A DNA stretch of 60,720 nt, filler included, from Nemertoderma westbladi (lineage: Eukaryota > Animalia > Xenacoelomorpha): NCBI GenBank assembly GCA_032718475.1. It is 2 parts of 2 records of this genome, joined end to end, with 100 filler letters (N's around TTAATTAATTAA, not from the genome) between each part and the next. Parts side by side here need not be neighbours in the genome. Positions count along the whole stretch, not along the records: positions 1 to 30,892 come from JAUCBJ010001277.1; positions 30,993 to 60,720 come from JAUCBJ010004833.1. One strand, written 5' to 3'. The number at the start of each line of letters is the position of its first letter. Within the stretch, counting starts at the first letter, position 1. Shown in pieces: positions 24,701 through 33,900 of this stretch. The position numbers and the translations under genes are program-made. The notes beneath the pieces were generated by a model. That model did no database searches. It was not told where the DNA came from and saw nothing but the letters and a program-made list of their open reading frames with translations.

Positions 24701-25062
24701 TCACTAGCAGTATAGATGCGTGTAGGCTCCACACCTTGCGCATGAAATACTTCAGACCTAACAGGTTGACACATTGTTACAGGGGGTGGTGGTATACCCT
24801 TTTGTATATTTACTAATTTATCGCGTTCTAACGCGATACTCTGCTGCACTTCTTGCAACTCTAACCTGCCCTCTTTGACTGTTCCCTTTAACTGCTGAAC
24901 AGTCCCTTCCATCTCCCGGACCTGGTGAGAGGAACACAAACGGTGTTCCCTCAGCTGCCCGAGCAGGAGACCCATCTCCCGCCGTCCCTCATCCACCCAC
25001 TCTACCGCCGAAGCGGGAGCCGCCAACATAGTAGCGGGTAGATGAGGGACAACAGGCGACAA
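18769..25062 (-). CDS. BEL/Pao Gag-Pol polyprotein (capsid, 3 zinc knuckles, protease, RT, RNase H, integrase)
   Basis: 2097-aa ORF: KFNGDEMKWLPF; CALCKGPHRLSVC, CYNCLRKGHQRQTC, CAKCGVKHHILLH; LLDSGS; SDIEGMFLQV, YMDD; FGDAS, WTDA, NPADIASRG; HAG..CIPC, DLFGP, SDKGTNF, WERL. Confidence 0.95.
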   Translation of the reverse strand: MSPVVPHLPATMLAAPASAVEWVDEGRREMGLLLGQLREHRLCSSHQVREMEGTVQQLKGTVKEGRLELQEVQQSIALERDKLVNIQKGIPPPPVTMCQPVRSEVFHAQGVEPTRIYTASEVETPIVNPIKGNYKPVDNDIPYRPDHNPRNLYTDNSILNNTMAQESFTRQMARTEARQAVKVGEIVKFNGDEMKWLPFNEYYKDNIQNSVLSNGEKLRFLIECLEGSPKLMALTFIGHPDGLRQVWDTLNIRYGNRNNIARYLYAKLVAPRKFISSGIIEFSDEIQEFCRQLDWPGKSHEYQSSMVIGAVASTLPKGGVGTRWDKKVLYMMEQQRRDPTMADLMSFLDGEVKLQLLKQSREKTPENKVSEKPVSRRKVTPVCHTDDGESQASQEEDSGKDTERSYYVNKAPKDVSKFKSRTNDRREQVTKTPPTSPNRVRGRKPEERTRVHNVTQGKVSNIKPKCALCKGPHRLSVCDKFLKKSLKGRREVMWDKRLCYNCLRKGHQRQTCYSDARCAKCGVKHHILLHTEFERNSPSQVSESELHVQFSDVNDTDQSSEMEGFYTDEFSDENESCYLINTAVYRALTYEKETDNELPLTTPDRQPSVKAPTSNVGIREFPVVQLRVHGPDKSYIVNALLDSGSTGTFIDKELAEDIFAGQPKFRTKLNMSGIMQVWKSTVIADYYVGALSTPQDELGEHSIRSVKMVAIKNFATSQVEPYNWDEDDFTQQLKIPRFNTDYPGVQILIGQNAHEALETLEKRPAQPQPLQAYAGRTRVGWYFTGPSRRTLMERLPKERVYQVSEWEEEFSEVDDITEGTPYSSDNDDIHQLFDEEKTIDLLTENETWQNQVNLCHLIHPAEQVDYNDELNEVIDRYNAKTRDEHAVRFFTQEAVEPNSYNKALSVEEERAKQIQETTTHFLKDQGRYEIGLPFRKREPKFINNRPLAEKRIAQPYRRLTANASAKEMYKTQLKKFIDKGYAERVPEETPITERTYYLTHHYIPKPGKPNEDRVVFDGSTLYMGQSLNSELLPGPKLLQSLLGILLRLRQYSITFASDIEGMFLQVKALDRDRDSLRFLWWPEGDLNQKPVEYWMTIQAFGIISSPSNAYSVVRTTADDNRDAFSKEVIDNIKRDIYMDDNLKSLPSVEESIDVAKGTVECLKRGGFRLTKFTSNSREFLESIPVEDRGVKDLDLIKDDLPETKTLGLKWDTERDILFFQLKQRDNPVRTKRICLSILSTYFDPLGFISPVILIARSLVQQMWLENHSWDDPLKGELLKKWMKWEDSLPSIENFIISRSYFGHVLPTYSYQLHVFGDASDMGIGIVAYLRVETPDGIKVALVTSKALINNKLKVPRAELKAALYATAIGRNVTEQIDYPLEKTVYWTDALLVLEYITNEVCQFSVFVTNRVAIILSRTKIDQWRHCPGTINPADIASRGATPQELIDTPDWLGGPDFLSKEEDEWPPHLTTAEIRQAKGAEKVKPKTRASKSKLFKPVVDLSVLHTSGDDALDPKPTATNKSVVEIRERDWKSGIPDVSQGLSPLLQRAIHHYSSWNRLCKAVTYLKRCFHHHYSRTKTTSDTAPLISAQVHVVKDLPKYKISDRFLKEKISHQEHEETNKQILRLLQCYEDSDKYFLLLRNPQMRLRDRFSSTMIDGLIRVGGRLTNAPLSFDTKFPILIRNLEIQIKMIVDVHSKLYHAGRERVLSEIRTRYYFHKPRRALNQVLRNCIPCRKAFSRPLTQREAELPRERVSFYEPPFTNTSVDLFGPIEVYRARTIVKRWCVIFVCMICRAIHLDMVNDLSTNSFILSLRRQIARFGTSNTMRSDKGTNFIGANNEIKAYVKDWNQRQVDDQLRVTASSWTFNTADAPWWGGSWERLIRSVKTAFHFIVPCRAYLTDELLRTLMEEIAAYLNERPLMPVSSSPDSLEALTPAHFLLKKPVAMLPRSEITDGDEYCRQTWQLMQLLSRRFADHFEKHYLPTLQLRTKWFAQQENVSAGDMVLIVDSDLPRKRWQTGRIIETHISDDGSVRSVEVVVMRRNFKKPGIVFETQQLNRPVGRLCLLERDRELSGNYGRQDTLPTTTSLIQQTSRDSPT

Positions 25063-25102
25063 ATCGTTGATATTTCGCTCGGAGTCCAGGACAGGAACTG
25101 TC

Positions 25103-26905
25103 TCAGGGGGGGGTTCTGTTGGGCACAGGTAGTTTAGTGCTGTGCAAAGGGAATTTAGAGGTAGGTTCTGGGAGTACAGGTGTCTCTATCACCGAAGGGG
25201 TGGCTTCGAGAACAGGCCTAATTATCTCAGGCTCATCTACTATAGTAGGGAGTCTTTCTATTCTAATAATTTGGTCTGTGGGTTCTGTACTACCTAAGTC
25301 TGTGCTAGCTAGTTGCCTTCTCACAGCTGGGGGCAAATTAGGCAATTTCTGACGGTGGGGCGTTCTTCTATGCCTACTTAGACGAGATCTATTTCCTCCG
25401 CCTTCAGGATCGGTGGTATCGCCTTCATCAGATGATGTAAATCCCTGTCTTTTGGGAGTAGATCGACTCATCATCTGCATTTGACTAGCTGTTAACTGTT
25501 TATTGAAGTTGTCTTGCTTCTCCTGAAGATTTTCCAACTCTAGTTGGGTTGTCTCTTCAGATGCCCTCCGTTCTGCTTCTGCCACCGCCGCTTTTCTTTC
25601 CACTTCTGCCGCTGCCACTGCCGCTTTTCTTTCCACTTCTGCCGCTGCCACTGCCGCTTTTCTTTCCACTTCGACCGCCTTTCTTTCCGCTTCTGCCTCT
25701 GCCGCTGCCGCTGCTGCTGCTGCTGTCTTTCTATCTTCTATACGTTTTTTCTTCACTTGTTCTTCTTGAACCCTAGCGATGCGGATGCTTTCATCAAATT
25801 TAGCTTGGTTCGCAGCTAACATTTCCGCATCTATTGCGTCCAACACAAACTTGGCTCCTTCACTATTAGGACGAAGTCCAGCCAGCCTTCTCCTCAACTC
25901 TTCGTCACCTAGAAATCGTTGATAGTCTGACAGATAGATGTCTATAGCATCCTTCTTCTGCGGCTTCTCTGCTGTCGCTTCGCTTTCCACTTGAGAAAAG
26001 GTAGCGTCTGTTGATTCTCCGTGGGTTGAGCGCTCAGCCAGCTGAAATTTCCACTGGGCCGTTCCTTGAACCTTGAGACTCACCCGCTGGAACCAAGTCT
26101 TTACGGCAACTTGCAACGACGTGTCTTGTCTTCTTTTCGAAGCCTCCCCAAAGGCCGATAGGATTAGTCTGATTCTTAGAATTCTTTCTCGAACTTGATA
26201 AAGCAGCTCTCCCTGCTCTTGAGGTCCTTGGGGTTGTTGAAACAGTTGTTCCTCTAATTGCTCCAAAGAGCTGAAGAATCCCTGTACATATCCTGCTGCC
26301 GACCTCTTCCACACAGCTGGATCACTAGTGTCTTTGGTCACTCCCATCCTGTGTATGTCTTCCCAGGCAGCTTCCGATAAGTCAAACGGGACTCCGGGTC
26401 CGGGGAAGTTCCATTGCGACTCGACAATAGACTTCAGTTCCTCTCTTGTGTATCCCGCATAACTATCCCTGGTCGATCGCTTACTTCTCGCCCAATCAAT
26501 TTGGTGTTCCTCCACCGCAATCAATACCCTAGTGAGTACGGCTGCAGGAAGGATGAGAAGGGGATCCGAATAAACCGCATCTGCCATCTTTGCTCCGCGC
26601 TCGGGTGTCAGCTCTACAGTATCCGAACTACTGGAGCTGTCGGGCTGCTGAGAAATAAGTTATCGGCTCGAGTGTTGCTGCTGTTTAACAGCTGCTTCTT
26701 GGTCCCGCTTGACTTGAGCCCGAGTGCCTATGATAGACCTACGGTGTTGGACTAGCCTAGGGTCTGATACTACTACTGGAGGGATGATCTTTCTTACAGT
26801 AGGAGGTGAGTTGAACTTCGGTCTCACACGTTCCACACTCCTGTCTGGGTCACAGATGGTTGTATCTAGGAGACTGTCTGACAGGTTTTGCTTTGTGTCA
26901 GACAT
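25103..26905 (-). CDS. Long N-terminal Gag extension (coiled-coil, Ala/Glu-rich), interrupted by in-frame TAA at 26660-26662 and +1 shift at G8 run 25106-25113
   Basis: ORFs 26660-26905 and 25103-26587 are in the same frame; AAVAAAEVERK repeats; pol frame is open across the C8 run. Confidence 0.7.
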
Positions 26906-27040
26906 GTTTGTTTGTACAGTTGAATGCCTACTGCTATATTACAGTTAAAGCAAGTCTAGTAATTCAGTATCAACTGTTAGCCTAGTAATTAATTACCGAT
27001 ATCGTTACTCAGTATAACGCGATATATTTACAATATATTA

Positions 27041-27292
27041 GAATACCGGTATGCACTTATAGTATATATATAAGTATTATTACAGACTAGGTTTGTCACA
27101 GAATACCGGTATATAATTTCAGCGCAAATATATAGAAATATATAATAAGCCTATCGTGAATACCGGTATACAGCTTACACTTATAGTATATATAAGTATA
27201 ATTATAGACTAGAATTAATTACAGAATACCGGTATATAATTTCAGCACAAATATATAGAAATATATAATAAGCCTATTGTAAATACCGGTAT
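27041..27292. repeat. Tandem duplication (about 120 bp) in BEL 5' UTR
   Basis: GAATACCGGTAT...CACTTATAGTATATATAAGTA...ATAATTTCAGC.CAAATATATAGAAATATATAATAAGCCTAT repeated twice. Confidence 0.75.
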
Positions 27293-28748
27293 GTCAATTA
27301 TTTTAGAATAATTGAATTTCTGAATTTTAGGGTTACTTGGTTACTTTACTTTACTTTATTACCGTTATTTAAGCAGTAGTCCAACTGATATTAAGACCTA
27401 ATTGTTGTATGACAGGCCTACTATTTTATAAATCGGTTTGAGTTGATTTATAATATATATACCCGTTTAATGGGTTTCGTTACAATATTTGAAATAAATG
27501 TTATTATTTCTGGGAAGGAGTCACTACACAGAAGCTGTACGCTCTCAGTGAAGTGCTACTTGTTGGACACTAAAATAAATAATTCTAATTTGCCTAAGTT
27601 ACTTATTACTACAAATTATGTACAATTGCGGGGTGAGATTACACGTATGAATTTTTAGGGTTAATTTTACAAGAAATTTACAAACCAACCTAAGAAGGGG
27701 TTAGAATTTCTGGTTATTACAAACGGACAGGATACTACGGTATTTGAAAATAATAAAGCAGTAGTAAATATATTGCGTTGTCTAGATAGGAAAAATACCA
27801 CCGTCTGACGACTTATAGCCGTAGCGCTATAAGTATTACGTTATGTACCGGGAGTGTTCCTACCTAGAAGTTAATTACCGCAGCCTACTATAGCTAACGT
27901 GCCTATTAACCACTTTACAACACAAATATACTGCCTACACACTAATTACCTTCGGAAAGCACTGTACACTAAACCCTAAATTAGGTACAAGTACTTATAC
28001 AACAAATAACCAGCAGTTAAAAATACTTGTACAGCTAAAAGAACCACGGTATCTGCCGGAGTGACCAGAGCATAAAATCACCAGTCTTTACCTACGCCAA
28101 ACAGTCCTGATGTAGTACCGGGGTTAATTTAACTATAACGGTATGTATAACAAGCACAATTACTGTAGGAATAAACTTGGGGTATGTGAATTTTGCGAAT
28201 AATCGCATAAACTCTGAATAATAAATATTACGCTACCCGTACAGACTACACAAACAAAATACAAACCAAATGCTGGCAGACTACTATCAAGCCAAATAAA
28301 CTACAGTATATGCAGACTCCGAAATGGTTAGTTAGTATGCGTTCTAACCGAGTAGTACGACTTATTCTTTCGGGGGGGATTTACCTTACAGCACTGGAAG
28401 CCCCCACGTTCCTAACTAGTACTTTATCGGACATACACTCTACACACACTGCAATCTCTTCAGACTTAACAACAACCAGACAACAATCCAGCCTACAAAT
28501 TATCTGTACAATTTGAGCGGGCTTACATGCCTTCTGCTCAATATTAACTTACAAATAAATAAAACTGACAGAAATAAGTAAAATCCCAATAAAAAACCAG
28601 GGGGGCCCTCCCTGATTAAATATCAAGACCTACCGGTATATAATTATCAAAATCGAATAATACTGATGTACCTGTACTGCTGTAAGTACCGGTTCAGGTG
28701 GTTAGGCAGCCAGGCCTACTGGTTACCGGTCGACCGGTACTTTTACCT

Positions 28749-28997
28749 TTATTGCCTACGTTGCAATAAAGAAGCAATAACTGTTATTGTTCTTACCAGA
28801 ACAATAGACAACTATATTTATTGCCTACACTGCAATCAGAAGATATAACTGTTATTGATCTTACCAGAACAATAGACAACTATATTTATTGCCTACACTG
28901 CAATCTGAAACCAATAACTGTTATTGTTCTTACCAGAACAATAGACAACTATATTTATTGCCTACACTGCAATCTGAAACCAATAACTGTTATTGTT
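28749..28997. repeat. 68-69-bp tandem repeat (about 3.5 copies) with perfect hairpins abutting the 5' LTR
   Basis: Unit CAATAACTGTTATTGTTCTTACCAGAACAATAGACAACTATATTTATTGCCTACACTGCAATCTGAAAC; period 69 (28911/28980). Confidence 0.9.
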
Positions 28998-29641
28998 CGC
29001 GCTTTTAGACCTTTAGCAGTTTAACCTGCCAAATTTAGGTGTCTTTTGGTTATAAATCGACAAGAATGACAAGTATTTGATACACATAAAGCTACATTAG
29101 CCGAAGCCAGCCTATGCGCGATCATTCACCCACGGTTAAGGGAGACTGGATTCGGATGCTCTGACCTTATTGCGGTGTAGGCCTACTGTATTATTCGACT
29201 GATCGTTAATATATAATCTCTGACAAATATTATTCACTTTTGGGAAATAATAACAGTTCCTTTAGGACGTGGCGCTCTAAGTATGTAAACAGAGTTATGA
29301 CTTACACTAAACACAACGGGATGGCTAATGATTCACGTATAAAGCGCATTCTTTAGGAGATGCTTTGTTATCTATCAAACTCATGCACACTACCGCACAA
29401 TGCTGCACACCGATCTGCCGACCTTCACTAATTTTAATCATATATAAGGAGAACAGCCACTGACACATGTAGGGTCTATGAAATAGCATTCAATTCACTC
29501 CAAAACCACTATAATGTAAGTCGCAATTGCTATATGTAACCGGTCTCTCTAACCTTCAGTATATCAAGAAGATTAGGGTTTTCTGATTATTTATCGATAT
29601 TCTCCAAATATAACAATATTCCATCAACTGATACAATTAAT
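28994..29641 (-). repeat. 5' LTR (probably truncated on its right side)
   Basis: Direct repeat of 14264-14914; followed immediately by RTE relic. Confidence 0.7.
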
Positions 29642-29644
29642 TAA

Positions 29645-30140
29645 TAAATATCAACGAAAACGTTTGTCTACCATGCATATGTTCTCCATGGGGCCGCCAA
29701 AGCACAAGATTGTGCTCAGGCTGGTCCTCACGGCGAAAACAATGTCCTGCAAAGCGGAGGCAGCTTCGTTCTAGTGTCAAGCTTGGGGGAACCAATGAGA
29801 CACCTCCAATGTTATCCAAATCCTGGAAAGCCCATTCAAAGCTGCCCATGCCTTTCCCTTACGTATTCGAAAGTCCTCACCTGACTTCCGGATCCATGAT
29901 AATCCAGGTGAAATCAGTCATCCACATGTTCAAGCATACCATCCTTTGAGCTTATGCTCATCCGATCAGAGATTTGCCGAGGTCTATCATAGTGAACTGT
30001 CAAAATTTTGGTCTTTTTGGAGATAACAAAAAGATCAACACGAGAAGCCATGTTCTAATGAGCTGAGGAGCCATTGGGCTCCCTCTCGTGATTCTGAGAG
30101 TACTCCTAAGTCATCAGCATAGTCTAGATCAGTTAGATAT
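29645..30140 (-). mobile_element. RTE-clade LINE fragment, internally deleted
   Basis: RLRFAGHCFRRED-like C-terminus, DLDYADDL-like RT motif near 30110-30130; close relative of copy at 53490-55150. Confidence 0.75.
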
Positions 30141-30380
30141 GTACTTATTGGCAGAATATATGAAAAATACGCATTAAAGAGTACTATAAGTAGGTACATA
30201 CATTATAATTACATTGAAAATAGGTATACAGTATGCTACAGATGGACGTGGAGAGAAACACCCAGGCTCAGAGGCTCTCTCTCATGAGGTTTTTATAAAA
30301 TAGAATATATACTATACAGTACTGTATATTATTATGGAAAAAAAATAATAACCATAATATAGCATTAGAAAAATATTGTG

Positions 30381-30600
30381 TTACCTTGCGTAATAGTATA
30401 TTTGCAATATCGTTAGATTGACATCCAACAACTTGCGCGAGAAACCAAGAAAATTCAAAGTAGTACTTTCTACTGTATCAGCTGGCAGCTCATTCAAAAT
30501 ATTGGCAACGCGTGAAGAAAAGGCGTGTTTATACTGTTTACATAAATAACGAGGAACATGAAGTTTCTTACTATGGCCCGCAGCCTGGAGCGCAAAGACA
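30381..30600 (-). mobile_element. CR1/L2-like LINE 3' fragment
   Basis: GHSKKL..PR...KHAFSSRVANILNELPADTVESTTLNF resembles the CR1-group ORF2 C-terminus (RGH..KL, FF..RV...WN.LP..VV). Confidence 0.55.
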
Positions 30601-30892
30601 CGGGTGAAGAATTGATAAAAATCCAGGTCGACATGACCTGTTTCTACAGTAGGCCTAAAGCAGTTGCTAGGGAAAGGTGGTTGGTACATTAGCAGATTAG
30701 TATGCCTACACAAACACAGGACACAGCGCTACATAGCAGCGTACTGTAGTAGGCCTACTGCTACCAACTACCGGTACCTACCCTAATATAGTAATAAATA
30801 CCATTACTACAATATAATTATTACAGAATTACTGTATTAATTTTACTTTAGTTATTTACAGAATAGGAGTATCGGTACAGAGTGCGGTAAGA

Positions 30893-30992
30893 NNNNNNNN
30901 NNNNNNNNNNNNNNNNNNNNNNNNNNNNNNNNNNNNTTAATTAATTAANNNNNNNNNNNNNNNNNNNNNNNNNNNNNNNNNNNNNNNNNNNN
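30893..30992. other. Assembly gap with artificial six-frame stop linker
   Basis: 44 N + TTAATTAATTAA + 44 N = 100 nt. Confidence 0.95.
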
Positions 30993-33900
30993 TAGCTGGG
31001 AGACTAGTGGTGTGTTTCTACAAATCTTCTAGCTGTGAGACTAGTGGTGTGTTTCTACAAATCTTTTAGCTGTGAGACTAGTGGTGTGTTTCTACAAATC
31101 TTCTAGCTGTGAGACTAGTGGTGTGTTTCTACAAATCTTTTAGCTGTGAGACTAGTGGTGTGTTTCTACAAATCTTTTAGCTTTGAGACTAGTGGTGTGT
31201 ATCTACAAATCTTTTAGCTGGGAGACTAGTGGTGTGTTTCTACAAATCTTCTAGCTGTGAGACTAGTGGTGTGTTTCTACAAATCTTTTAGCTGTGAGAC
31301 TAGTGGTGTGTTTCTACAAATCTTCTAGCTGTGAGACTAGTGGTGTGTTTCTACAAATCTTTTAGCTGTGAGACTAGTGGTGTGTTTCTACAAATCTTTT
31401 AGCTGTGAGACTAGTGGTGTGTATCTACAAATCTTTTAGCTGTCAGACTAGTGGTGTGTTTCTACAAATCTTTTAGCTGTGAGACTAGTGGTGTGTTTCT
31501 ACAAATCTTTTAGCTGTGAGACTAGTGGTGTGTATCTACAAATCTTTTAGCTGTGAGACTAGTGGTGTGTTTCTACAAATCTTTTAGCTGTGAGACTAGT
31601 GGTGTGTTTCTACAAATCTTTTAGCTGTGAGACTAGTGGTGTGTATCTACAAATCTTTTAGCTGTCAGACTAGTGGTGTGTTTCTACAAATCTTTTAGCT
31701 GTGAGACTAGTGGTGTGTTTCTACAAATCTTTTAGCTGTGAGACTAGTGGTGTGTATCTACAAATCTTTTAGCTGGGAGTCTAGTGGTGTGTTTCTACAA
31801 ATCTTCTAGCTGTGAGACTAGTGGTGTGTTTCTACAAATTTTTTAGCTGTGAGACTAGTGGTGTGTTTCTACAAATCTTCTAGCTGTGAGACTAGAGGTG
31901 TGTTTCTACAAATCTTTTAGCTGTGAGACTATTGGTGTGTTTCTACAAATCTTTTAGCTGTGAGACTAGTGGTGTGTATCTACAAATCTTTTAGCTGTCA
32001 GACTAGTGGTGTGTTTCTACAAATCTTTTAGCTGTGAGACTAGTGGTGTGTTTCTACAAATCTTTTAGCTGTGAGACTAGTGGTGTGTATCTACAAATCT
32101 TTTAGCTGTGAGACTAGTGGTGTGTTTCTACAAATCTTTTAGCTGTGAGACTAGTGGTGTGTTTCTACAAATCTTTTAGCTGTGAGACTAGTGGTGTGTA
32201 TCAGCGTATCTACAAATCTTTTAGCTGTGAGACTAGTGGTGTGTTTCTACAAATCTTTTAGCTGTGAGACTAGTGGTGTGTTTCTACAAATCTTTTAGCT
32301 GTGAGACTAGTGGTGTGTTTCTACAAATCTTTTAGCTGGGAGACTAGTGGTGTGTTTCTACAAATCTTTTAGCTGTGAGACTAGTGGTGTGTTTCTACAA
32401 ATCTTTTAGCTGGGAGACTAGTGGTGTGTTTCTACAAATCTTTTAGCTGTGAGACTAGTGGTGTGTTTCTACAAATCTTTTAGCTGTGAGACTAGTGGTG
32501 TGTATCTACAAATCTTTTAGCTGTGAGACTAGTGGTGTGTATCAGCGTATCTGCAAATCTTTTAGCTGTGAGACTAGTGGTGTGTATCAGCGTATCTACA
32601 AATCTTTTAGCTGTGAGACTAGTGGTGTGTATCAGCGTATCTACAAATCTTTTAGCTGTGAGACTAGTGGTGTGTATCAGCGTATCTACAAATCCTTTAG
32701 CTGGGAGACTAGTGGTGTGTTTCTATAAATATCTTAGCTGTGAGACTAGTGGTGTGTTTCTACAAATCTTTTAGCTGTGAGACTAGTGGTGTGTATCTAC
32801 AAATCTTTTAGCTGTGAGACTAGTGGTATGTTTCTACAAATCTTTTAGCTGTGAGACTAGTGGTGTGTTTCTACAAATCTTTTAGCTGTGGGACTAGTGG
32901 TGTGTTTCTACAAATCTTTTAGCTGTGAGACTAGTGGTGTATTTCTACAAATCTTTTAGCTGTGAGACTAGTGGTGTGTATCTACAAATCTTTTAGCTGT
33001 GAGACTAGTGGTGTGTTTCTACAAATCTTTTAGCTGTGAGACTAGTGGTGTGTTTCTACAAATCTTTTAGCGGTGAGACTAGTGGTGTGTTTCTACAAAT
33101 CTTTTAGCTGTGAGACTCGGGGTTTGTTTCTACAAATCTTTTAGCTGTGAGACTAGTGGTGTGTTTCTACAAATCTTTTAGCTGTGAGACTCGGGGTTTG
33201 TTTCTACAAATCTTTTAGCTGTGACACTAGTGGTGTGTATCTACAAATCTTTTAGCTGTGAGACTAGTGGTGTGTTTCTACAAATCTTTTAGCTGTGAGA
33301 CTAGTGGTGTGTTTCTACAAATCTTTTAGCTGCGAGACTAGTGGTGTGTATCTACAAATCTTTTAGCTATGAGACTAGTGGTGTGTTTCTACAAATCTTT
33401 TAGCTGTGAGACTGGTGGTGTGTTTCTACAAATCTTTTAGCTGTGAGACTAGTGGTGTGTTTCCACAAATCTTTTAGCTGTGAGGCTAGTGGTGTGTTTC
33501 TACAAATCTTTTTGCTGTGAGACTAGTGGTGTGTTTCTACAAATATTTTAGCTGTGAGACTAGTGGTGTGTTTCCACAAATCTTTTAGCTGTGAGACTAG
33601 TGGTGTGTTTTTACAAATCTTTTAGCTGTGAGACTAGTGGTGTGTATCAGCGTATCTACAAATCTTTTAGCTGTGAGACTAGTGGTTTGTTTCTACAAAT
33701 CTTTTTGCTGTGAGACTAGTGGTGTGTTTCTACAAATATTTTAGCTGTGAGACTAGTGGTGTGTTTCTACAAATCTTTTAGCTGTGAGACTAGTGGTTTG
33801 TTTCTACAAATCTTCTTGCTGTGAGACTAGTGGTGTGTTTCTACAAATCTTTTAGCTGTGAGACTAGTGGTGTGTATCTACAAATCTTTTAGCTGGGAGA

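Larger units (their letters stand above)
14264..29641 (-). mobile_element. BEL/Pao LTR retrotransposon, about 15.4 kb
   Basis: Direct repeats flank gag-pol with PR-RT-RH-IN order and three knuckles; no TSD identifiable. Confidence 0.85.

Noticed and set aside
19142-26948. Short antisense and alternate-frame ORFs over gag-pol
   Set aside because: Shadow ORFs of the retrotransposon coding region with no independent motifs
30937-30948. TTAATTAATTAA palindrome as a biological site
   Set aside because: Centred in N-padding; artificial contig-joining linker, so adjacency of the two halves of the window is unproven
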